DNA of 63,591 bases, counting the filler, from Choristocarpus tenellus KU-1152 (taxonomy: Eukaryota > Protista > Phaeophyceae), in assembly GCA_964200185.2 (NCBI GenBank). It is 14 parts of 14 records of this genome, joined end to end, with 100 filler letters (N's around TTAATTAATTAA, not from the genome) between each part and the next. Parts side by side here need not be neighbours in the genome. Positions count along the whole stretch, not along the records: positions 53,806 to 57,420 come from CAXNAD020018946.1; positions 57,521 to 60,249 come from CAXNAD020025252.1; positions 60,350 to 63,591 come from CAXNAD020021314.1; 11 more parts are not named here. The stretch is one strand, 5' to 3'. A program made the position numbers and the translations under genes. Numbering within the stretch: position 1 is the first letter of the stretch; every line of letters begins with the position of its first letter. The notes beneath the pieces were generated by a model, which worked only from the letters and a program-made list of their open reading frames with translations, was not told where the DNA came from and searched no databases. Shown one piece after another: positions 53,846-63,591 of this stretch.

Positions 53846-56121
53846 TTAGTGCAGGTCGAGGATGGTCTTGAACTGATCGTACATCACCAGCACAAGTGCA
53901 GACCCTACAGTCCGAAGGGCATTAGCACCTGCACCCTTGAAAAGAGCTGAAGCACCCTCCTCTGACACAATCTTCTTGAAGCAGTCCCCTGTGCCCTTGT
54001 ATGTCCACTCCTCAGGAGGCTTCTCAGACTGCATCTGGAGGCGGCGCCGGATCGTGTCGAAGGGGTATGAGGCGTACCCAGACACAATGGCCACAGACTG
54101 AGCAATCGCGAATTTTGATAGGATACCCTTGGCACCCTTGTCGGCCTTGAAGGGGTTGTGCTCACGAGCAGTATCATACAGACCAAAGTACACACCACGG
54201 TAGGGGATGATGCCCATTACGGACACCCCAAAGCCGTTGTAAAGCCCAAGGACACCCTTGGGTCCCTTTGCTGTTTTGCTGAGGCAGTCCCACAGACCAT
54301 TGAAGTCACGCTTACCACTCCCCACATCAGAGGCAAGACGGGTCCTGCCATACCATCAATTTAGAGGGGGCATTAAAGAGCTGGATCACGATACTTAATT
54401 TAAATTCTACAGTGTACCTGATTTGTGTGCAGGTGGGATATTCTAGTGTAGGGGTCAAAGTATTTAGGGGGGGGGGTTGTGAGGGGGCGTCCGTTTCGGT
54501 CAAACAACTCTTTTTTTTCCNNNNNNNNNNAAAAAGGTGAAAAACGGACGCCGACACCCCCCCCAGATACTTTGACCCATAGTTTTGATGTGCAGAAGAC
54601 TTTAAGATGAAGTTTTCTCTTCTCCTATAAACAATATAGATTGGTATAAATATAATGGTGTCGTTTATCTAAGCCATAGACCCACCAGCACAGATTCAGT
54701 CATCCTCAAGAAGGGTAAGTAGAGAGTTAACACACCCAGACACTATCTTAAAGTGCAAATCTTAGAGAACTTGAACGGAACACAATCAGTTTTCGCCCTG
54801 CAACAAAATTGCTAATGAAGAGTGGTGAATGCGTACGAAGTAAGAAGATGGGGATAAAAGGCGATGCTAAATCATCATTCGGTAACCGCCACCCACAAAA
54901 AGTATGGTTTGTCTAAAAAATATCAACATTGCTACTACTGAAAAGATTTCACCGAAATACTAACGTTCTCATGCTACAGATGTCTCTGACAGCATGCTCC
55001 ACACATTCACATGTAGGCATCTTCCGATATATCTTGGATCGAAGCGGGGAGGGTTGCTTCGATGTCACGAGAAGTGAAATATATGTAACAAGCATTCGTT
55101 GTTCTTTACACAGAATGGTTTACAGGAGATGGCATTGTCTTCCACGTAATACCACCGAATCTCACGAGGCATTTAGATAATATGCCAGCCTGATCAAATT
55201 TCGTCACAGGTAGATAATCACCTTGTTCACCATACCAACACCGAGAAAATAAATAATTGCAAGGCTTGTAGAGCAACTATCAATAGTATTATCTTCTTCC
55301 ATAGGACCACACAGAGAAAAGCAAGAAATTTGATCAAGATGGTAAAAAGAACACTCGTTTGAAGGAAGGAATCACTAGTGCTGTTTTGGAAGAGGGGCAT
55401 GCGACTTTGTACAAAGTTACACTTCATTCCAGAATAACTGCGGGCAAGTTCGCGCATTGAGAACAGTGGTACACATTTCATGGGGAATTCTCGGTTCTGT
55501 AAACCTGACGATCGTCCCGCTCTTCTACTTATTCTGTGGCCACAACCCTCCCGAAAAAAAGTACTTTGATTAATTTCGCTCTCACTAAATAAGGAGACTG
55601 CAGTGAGAACAAACGAAATGAAGTTTCGAAATGGGACTGGTGTCACATAGATCATGTAAAGCAGAGTATATTATGTAGGGGGTGGGGTTGGTGGCTTACC
55701 GTGCGTAGTCCAGGGGATACACGAAGCAGAGAGATCCTGCACCAGCCAGACCCCCCGAGGCGATGTTGATGGCGAAGAACTTTCCAAATTCAGTCTTGGG
55801 GTTGGTCTTAGGGAACAACCCCTTGATCGTGTCTTTGAAGGCGAAGTTAAAAGCCTGGGTGGGGAAGTACCGGATGATGTTGGTGAAGTTTCCACGCCAG
55901 AAGGCCTTAAGTCCCTGCTCGGAGTACACCCGAGTGAAGACGTTCCCGATGCCGGTGTAGCGGGGGATCTCGCCGGACTTGATACGCGGGTTGGCATCCT
56001 GGGTCTGGATGATTAGCTTCACACGTTCGATAGGGGCTGTGGCGGTCTTGGCCACAGCACCGCTCACCCCCCCCAGGGCGAAATCGATGAGGAAGTTCGA
56101 TTGCGGCTTACCCTCACCCAT
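53846..56121 (-). CDS. AAC: Mitochondrial ADP/ATP carrier (adenine nucleotide translocase), complete, 306 aa
   Basis: Exon 1 56121-55700 and exon 2 54344-53846 (GTAAG...CAG, phase 2) total 921 nt. Motifs: [76 protein letters not shown]. Confidence 0.98.
54452..54578. mobile_element. Short palindromic family-A-related MITE in the AAC intron (contains a 10-N gap)
   Basis: GGGTCAAAGTATTTAGGGG...GGCGTCCGTTT / AAACGGACGCC...CCCCAGATACTTTGACCC. Confidence 0.75.
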
Positions 56122-57178
56122 GATTGCTTATCTACAGATATAATCTGTGACTTGGGTTGTATTACCCGTTGATGCTAGTGACAAGTTCGGGGGGGGGTGT
56201 GAACTGAGGGGGTGTAAGGGTTTGTCCTTCTAGTCGCAAAAAGTTCTTGGTGCTGACGAATGGATGGATGAAAATAATACTTGGTGTTAGTGAACGCGCG
56301 GTGACACACGACTCGCGCGAGAAACTCCTCGTAGAAAAATGAAACGTCATCAAGAATCATTTAATCTGTAACCTACTGATGGGTAGGGACCAAGGGCACA
56401 CACTCAATCAGGACAGAGACGGCAACTAAGAGTAGCAGTGTGGGTTGCTTGCTACTTAATGAATTAACAGTTCGCTTGCTAGGTACCTATCTTCACGCTA
56501 GTTCTTCCAAAGGCTCCACAACTGGCTCTGCAAGAGGTTGTATTGACCAGTGACAAGCAACTAAACAAGAGACGTTTCGAAAAGGAGTGAAGATCTGAAA
56601 GAATTCGTTCATCCAAACAATCGTTTAATGGGGGGACATTTGCCAGTGGACAGGATCCAAACTAACAAATGTCTGAGCGAGACAGATGTCCCACCTTATA
56701 CACTTGAGTGCTTGGAAGCGAATCCACGATGATAGTAGTTGTAGAGCAACATATTTCGGTAGAGTGTGTCATGTGCACCTAAGGGAACACAAAAAGGATT
56801 GGTAGTATGCTCTGTCTACCTACAAATAGACCCACCCACAGCCCACAGAATCGCGCTAAGCTTGGGGAGTCAAGGGCAGTTGCAGGGTGAGTGATTTCTT
56901 TAAAAATAATGTAACACCAAGGTCATTTTTTGGTGGTGCACATTTTGGTTTTTGCACCATAATGATGATACCCCTCTCCCTCCTCCTACACCACTAAAAA
57001 ACACATATTTCTATCTATAAATTACCAATGTCGAACAAGAATATCCTATCGTTGCCACCTGCCTGCTTGCGTACTGCTTGTTCTTATTAGGTAGTTGAAT
57101 TGTTCAACTGTGCATTGTTTGCGTGAGACGCTGCAGTTGGCCATTACTATGTACTCTCGAGTAACAATCTCAACAACT

Positions 57179-57360
57179 GACCCAAAGTATCTGTGGGGGG
57201 GGGAGGGTCTGCACCAGGGTGTCCATTTGGGCCCTAACCAGGAAAAGGGCACTTGCATTATCCATCCGACGTATCCAACCAGTCTGACAAAAGTAGCGAC
57301 ATGAAAAAAAATGACCCCCAAACGGACAGCTGCCACCCCCCCCCCCAGAGACCTTGAGCA
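57179..57360. mobile_element. MITE family A copy
   Basis: GACCCAAAGTATCTGTGGGG...CCCCAGAGACCTTGAGC, colinear with 11798-11972. Confidence 0.8.
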
Positions 57361-58799
57361 GCATGTCATCGCAATGAAAGGTTTGCCAGTGAGCAAAACA
57401 TCAAAACAGCGCAATTCAGGNNNNNNNNNNNNNNNNNNNNNNNNNNNNNNNNNNNNNNNNNNNNTTAATTAATTAANNNNNNNNNNNNNNNNNNNNNNNN
57501 NNNNNNNNNNNNNNNNNNNNCCCCTTGCCAGTACCTATCTCATGAGCCTCCATCCCCATCCTCGATCGCCTCAACCTCGTCCCCATGTGGACCCATTCCG
57601 TTCTCTGTCCGTCCTTCTCCATTCTGCGAAATCGAGACCTGGGTATCTATTACTGCAGCTGGGTTAACCCCTCCACCTATATTCGGTCCTTGCCCTTGCC
57701 TGTCTCGTGTGCCGTCGTCGCCTTCCTCCTTCACAATATATATATCAAATGAAAGGGTATGACAAGATGTTTTGAAGGTTTGTATCCACGAATACACAGG
57801 CTTCGGGGAACGGAAGCTATGTCCCCATAAAATAATGGAAAAAACGCGGGGGAATATCTCCGGTGCAATTTTGAAAGTCACGACTTCAAAACGGGTTAAA
57901 ATGAAGTGGTTAGCTAAACTCCTTCCAGAAAACTGGTCCGGGGTAGGTTGCTGCCCTATTTAGACTGGTGGGGCTGTACCGAAAAAAAAAGCAGACAAAA
58001 ACCCGAAGATTTCCGGACATTTATATCGGGACATCTTTTTAACACCTTTTTCAGACTTTCTGTGAGCACACACACACGCGCGACTTACATACCAACATGG
58101 ACCACGACGGTGAGACAAGGAGAGCCGCCGAGGCCAATCTTCCCCCTGGATCTACTCTCGGCAACTTCTCTGTCGAGAGGCGATGGAAAAGCAAGTACCT
58201 TGTGACACTCAGTGCGATGTTTGGTGACAAGAAAGCGCGAGTAGTGTGGCGCAGTAGCATAATAATCAAATCGCGAAATGGACCACGCAATTACGACACT
58301 GACGCTGAGAGAAGATGTAATGAAAACATTACAACACAAACGTGGTTGGATCTTCAATCACATTGGAGAACTGCTCTGCAAGAACTGCCACCTCGGGAAA
58401 ACAGGAAGAGAGCGGCGAATCCATCACCAGGTGGTACAGTGACGAAGTCTGTGGGAAAGCCTGGTCGTGGCGGGCGAAGGGAGAACCAGAGTGGCCGCCC
58501 GAAGGGAAAGTTGGGGAAAAGAGCAGTGCGACTGCCTGTCATTGCGCCCAGGAAACACTTAAATGAGACCCGAGTGTAGAGTATCTTAGTAGTCGACAGT
58601 TGCAGCAGGACCTGGCATTTTGGAACCTGTGCGAGCCGGGGTGGCTTAAGGAAACAACAATAAAGTGAATACACCGTATAAAGTTGATTGAGGCTTTCTC
58701 CCAGCCTGCATTCATTCGAGAAATCAACACAATTTTCGATCAACTCAAGCCTGTCCTCCCTCGCCCTTGCACCTTGATGATAAAATATCGCCCGCCCAG

Positions 58800-59110
58800 G
58801 AAACACGGACGACGCCCATTTCCAGCGCTCAACGAGGAAATTTGATGGTAAGGGCTCTAACACTGCGAATCCTGTACCTGTGTATGAACGACGGGAAAGA
58901 CCATCAAACCGCACTCGAGATAGCAGCAGGATATGCGATGATCAGGTCGGATACTGTGAATAAATGGGAGAGAGAATTCCTAACTAAGGACCACATCATC
59001 AAGGTGTGTCAGAACAAGGGCGCTACGAGAAGCGTTTCGTTCTGGGCGTTGACGAAGACATACTAGCCGAGGTCAAAGAGTGGGTGCGCGAACGCACCGA
59101 AAGAAAGGGT
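58800..59110 (+). pseudogene. Possible transposase N-terminal (HTH) remnant, IS630/Tc1-like
   Basis: ALEIAA...DTVNKWEREFL..., then after a frameshift GRYEKRFVLGVDEDILAEVKEWVR. This resembles the TVxxWxRxF...G.....DED...WxR pattern that precedes DDE_3-type domains. No catalytic domain is seen. Confidence 0.4.
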
Positions 59111-59625
59111 AGGGAGGCTTTTTCCCCGCATAAATCCTATACTTTAATCAAGTATAGTGCGTCTGTTGCTACTCTTGGTGACCTACAATCCAGGGTTCGA
59201 ACCCCAACATGAGCGCTCTTTCTTCAAAAAAATAAAAAAATGGCGAGAAAAAAAAGAAGCTCGTTCTCTGGAGGGCCTTGTGACGGGCATCACGAATATG
59301 CCTTTTTTTGTTTAATCCAATATCTACATCAAAAGTCATGACTGAACAACCACAGAGGGCGAAGCTACTGGTACCGCTATATTATGATTGTGTGCTTATG
59401 AGATATGTTACAGGTAACTAGGGTACGTATTGCTTCTCGCACCAAAATCAGCGCGAGTAATAAATATGCGCACGGACAGCCCAAATGGGAACATTCTAGT
59501 CAATATAGTTTAAACTCCTTAACTTGAAAATATAGGTGCACGTTTTAGTTGTATTACAAGTTCTGAAGAAGCGCGGCTTTTCTCACCCGTCCTTCGTCTC
59601 TGATTTTTAGCCGTTCAATTAACTA

Positions 59626-59876
59626 ACAGCCGATTTCAAAAATTGAGGATGGAGCTTTTCATTGAGGATGGGCTTGACCCAAAATTGACTGGGATAAAGT
59701 GTCGATATATATATATTTTTCAAATGTTCAGATAAAGTGTCGATATATATATTTTTTATGTTCATATGAATATGAACATTAAAATATATATATATATCGA
59801 CACTTTATCCCAGTCAATTTTGGGTCAAGCCCATCCTCAACGAAAAGCTCCATCCTCAATTTTTGAAATCGGTTGT
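59626..59876. mobile_element. Foldback MITE family D (251 bp), complete copy
   Basis: Near-perfect inverted repeats of about 90 bp (ACAGCCGATTTCAAAAATTGAGGATGGAGCTTTTC...GATAAAGTGTCGATATAT), flanked by TA on both sides. Confidence 0.9.
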
Positions 59877-60392
59877 TAACTTGAGAATAACTATACCGTT
59901 TATCTGATAATGTGATAACTACCCTTTCGTTGAGCATCAGGCTATTGATACATCACAGGAGTCGTCTGTGAGCTTCATCATCAGCCTACATACTTGTGGG
60001 TTGGAGTTACATACCCTGTTGAGGTAAGCTGTGGTAGAGTTTATAACCGTTGTACCCTCACCTCTCACCTGTGTAGTATATCTTGCACTTTTGGCTGTTC
60101 GGGTATGGGTGCTATATTTCGTGGACAATGTACCCCACTCTGCTCGTGTGAAAACAAAGCACTCTGTCGCGAAATTTGCATAGTTTAGAGTATGTTGGTG
60201 GCAAAACAATCGGAGACTATCGGTAGCATGTTGAAGGACAATCACTACCNNNNNNNNNNNNNNNNNNNNNNNNNNNNNNNNNNNNNNNNNNNNTTAATTA
60301 ATTAANNNNNNNNNNNNNNNNNNNNNNNNNNNNNNNNNNNNNNNNNNNNCCCTTCAAAAGTGCTGCAACATTTACAAAAAAAAACATATGGG

Positions 60393-60467
60393 CACTTTCC
60401 GCGCAACATTTTGGGTCAAACTCATCCTCCATAGTATGCTCTATCCTCAATTTTGGTGATCGGCTGT
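60393..60467. mobile_element. Right part of MITE family D near contig start
   Basis: ...ATCCTCAATTTTGGTGATCGGCTGT-TA, the reverse complement of 31553-31632. Confidence 0.75.
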
Positions 60468-61921
60468 TAAATGCTGATTTCGTAGAAGATGCAGAGTAAG
60501 ATTTGTGATGCATACGTAACCCCACAGAAGAAACGTCAAAATTCCTAGAAGTCGCAGAATAAAGGTTTATGATTGGAGTACGTATACAGCAGTTGCATAG
60601 AAGACTAAAGAAATCTGGTGGATGATGAAAATAATAAAAGGACTTTTGGTCAAAATCCAGCACCCCTTTTAAACAGTATTTTCTCTTGAACGAAACATTG
60701 AGTCAAACTTTGATCTATGCTCTGAGTAACTATTATCAAAGGCAACACTCCCATAGCGTCATTTTAAGGTCGTTGGATTTGTGCTACACATTCTGTGGAG
60801 GTGAGTTCTGGAGTGTGCTGTAACATGTGTCTGTTGCATGTTGCTCTTGTCCATCTGCAAAATGTCAGTAAGCTTTTAAAATCATAGTACATTTTTGTTT
60901 TGTTGTGTGTGTACGAATTACAACGTTGTATATAGTGATATGTTCAAGGTCCACGTTCCCTGGCATGTGACGTGTGACGTATATCAAAATAATTTGCTGA
61001 GTTCCTTTTTATTTCCTACATTCCGAACTATGAGGGGTTCCTATTTTTTCAGTCTTCCCCGACAATGTAACGAAAAACTGAAGGTAGAATGTACTGTTCC
61101 TAACGATGAAGTTTGAGTTTGACATATGCATAGGAAGTAATTTTGCATGTTCCATCCTATGTGGGGTATTCATTTCGGGACATGAACATATGAACACGTC
61201 GAAGTACCATCATATGCTGGAAAGGGTGTTATGGGTGTTACGAGATGTACTTGACATTTTGTAATACTTCTCCACGGAGATAGATGTCGTCAGATTATTG
61301 GGTATAGATTTTGATTTTCGTTGACCAACCACAGAGGGCAGGGCAGGCACCTTCAACGGTTAGTGCAGAGATCACTAGTTTGTTCGTGCCTAATTGCGAA
61401 GGATTTGGACAGGAACAACAGCACGTTGATAATAGAGCAACTACATGGCATGCATATTTGTATATTTGCAACCACTAATAAATTATGTGTACACCACATC
61501 TCCTCATATGTATAGTGGCGTATATGTTACAGCGCGCCCCAGAACTCACCTCCACAGACAGGATGTATAACTCAAATCCAACTACCTTAAAACGGCGCTA
61601 TGGGGACGTTGGTAACAGATTGTTGGGTGTCAGACAACCTTTTCTCTCGGTACTCCACTCAGTGCTTAGCTCAAAGCTCGACTCAATGTTAAGTTCAAGA
61701 TAAAAGAAAAACTGATTAAGAGGGGTAAAGGATTTTGACCAAAAGTCCTCTTATTTTTTCATCATCCACCCAATTCATTTGGTCTTCTATGCAACTGCTC
61801 TATACGTACTCCAATCATACACCTTAATTCTGCAACTTCTTAGGAACTTTGACGTTTTCTTCTATTATGTTACGTATGCATTACGAATCTTACTCTGTAT
61901 CTTCTACGAAATCAGCATTTA
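60468..61921. mobile_element. Non-autonomous element with ~200-bp inverted repeats (60468-60667 / 61720-61921)
   Basis: TAAATGCTGATTTCGTAGAAGA...GGACTTTTGGTCAAAATCC is mirrored by GGATTTTGACCAAAAGTCC...TCTTCTACGAAATCAGCATTTA. No internal gene is recognisable. Confidence 0.75.
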
Positions 61922-61964
61922 TTCTGTAAGGCTACCTATTATGTGTTACTAATCTCGTATATTG

Positions 61965-62128
61965 TTCGCACTTGTTAGAACGCGAGAAACAATCCTCGCA
62001 CGATTCGCCTGTCACAAATGTTCGTGTTTGCTAAAACATGAGAAGAAATGCTCGCGCTATTCGCGTGTAACAAACACTCGCGTTTGTTAGAACACGAGAA
62101 GAAATGCTCACGCTATTCGCCCGTAACA
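61965..62128. repeat. 56-bp degenerate tandem repeat x3
   Basis: GAGAA(G/A)(A/C)AAT(G/C)CTC...ATTCGC units start at about 61978, 62034 and 62090. Confidence 0.75.
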
Positions 62129-62512
62129 TACAACATTATTGTCGTATTTCAGGCGAAAGGAGGATGGCTTGTTTTCCTTGGGTAATGGTCAGCCCCTTTA
62201 CATCTCTTCCTTCATGTGTACTCTAGCAACAATGTATCGCACCATGTCCATACACACATTGCGAACAAGTCCTCCTGCATGTGACCTCTCCTAAACTCTA
62301 TATTATATTGCTGGAGTATTTGTTTGTGGTTGTTGTATTTGCTTATCTCGACAAAATGCCTCAACAAATATATGTATTTGTGTGTACATATATATGTATG
62401 TATGTTGTACTGAGAACATATATTATGGTCGTGCCCATGATATAAACCTTGTCGTAGAAGGCAAGGGAGGGAGGAATGCACTTCGCATTCGTGCAGTCCT
62501 ATGACATACACA

Positions 62513-62688
62513 TTCCGAATTATATGGGGGGGTAGCGGCTGTCCATTTGGGGCCAATTTTATTACGTCGTGATTTTAGAGTGATTTGGTTGCATACGTTG
62601 GATTGATAATGGAAGTGCACTTTTCCTGGATATGCCCCAAATGGACACCCTGGTGTAGACCCCCCTCCCCCCCAAGATACTTTAGGTC
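62513..62688. mobile_element. MITE family A copy (left TIR decayed)
   Basis: Internal sequence is colinear with 51207-51386 and ends CCCAAGATACTTTAGGTC. Confidence 0.75.
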
Positions 62689-63591
62689 TTTGTTGCGCAT
62701 GAAGTAGTACAACAGATTGTGTCACTATTACCACTGTGTTACGACTGCAAATCGTGGCGAAATGATGTAGACTCCATAACTGGAATTATTTTGATGCTTT
62801 TATTATTTTTGTTGCGCAGCAAATATATATATGGGGAAGAAGCCTCTGGATATATGGCACAGAATCCGTTCCTTCTGCACCCCACAGGGCTGCAGCTGCA
62901 CAGAGAAGGATTTCACACATTCCATCCGTGGCACAAGAGGAGATATTTCTGAATTTGAAGGTTCCAGGTTTCGCAGACCTACAGGTTATGAGATGTGACG
63001 GGACTAATGATGCCTCCAATAAATCTGTTTCTTCCAGTTCGACCTGGATGGATTTCATTGTTGAAGACTAAAGAAACATGTACGTCGTTTATTGAATAGA
63101 CTGCTCTATGAAAGACCAGGTGGTGTTTTATATTAAAGATGGTGATGGTTGCTCTTTTTTTTAATTGATGTAAGGATAGGGCTAGGAGTGGCTATGTGAA
63201 TACACAAAGGTTGTTCTACCTGATTTTGCAGAATGACAACCTGTTCTCAGGTGGGCCTAGGTGTGACTTTTCTGTTAAGAATGCGTTTTTTCACACAGTG
63301 CGTGCTTTGCAAGATATAAGATGAAGTGTTTGTGTAATGCGTCATGTTGGGGCTAGGATAACTCTTGTCCAAATGGGAGATACAATGGCTTTGCAAACAT
63401 TGAACGAAAGGGCTTGGTGAGTAGAACAGGGGTATTTAATATGATAGACCGTTTGAACTGTGAAGAAACAATAATAATAGTAATAGCGATGTAAGGATAG
63501 GGGCACGGAGGGGTCTGTTGGATTCTTGGGATGCCTCCCTAGCTCCCCCCCCTGGGGCACAGGAGTAGGTAGATGGGAAGCAAAGGAAGAC

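Noticed and set aside
59190-59240. GGTTCGAACCC B-box-like motif followed by an A-rich tract (tRNA or SINE?)
   Set aside because: No cloverleaf or matching A-box is visible, and there is no second copy in the window.

Overview
This is eukaryotic, intron-rich nuclear DNA, not one continuous locus. Fourteen short contigs are joined by an artificial 100-nt spacer (N44-TTAATTAATTAA-N44), so nothing can be inferred from adjacency across spacers. The source is probably a photosynthetic stramenopile (ochrophyte). This is an inference from an ASAF-type bipartite plastid presequence, an RRRLQMQ-type ADP/ATP carrier and scattered TTAGGG motifs. I reconstructed six spliced genes by hand: an RluA-family pseudouridine synthase head-to-head with RPB8, a PHYHD1-like 2OG dioxygenase, the 3' end of a GT4 glycosyltransferase, an Ulp2/SENP6-7-like SUMO protease with a very large insertion in its catalytic domain, and a complete mitochondrial ADP/ATP carrier. 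The rest is rich in transposable elements and tandem repeats. These include a full-length decayed DD39D-like mariner with ~87-bp TIRs, three related MITE families sharing G(A/G)GTCAAAGTA termini and 3-bp TSDs, a TA-targeting foldback MITE family, a 1.45-kb element with 200-bp inverted repeats, Ty1/copia debris and several minisatellites. I found no CRISPR array, RNA gene or convincingly new multi-gene system. The best leads are the MITE set, the long-TIR mariner, the protease insertion and a shared TCGCGCGAGA upstream motif. Most ORFs in the supplied track are spurious.
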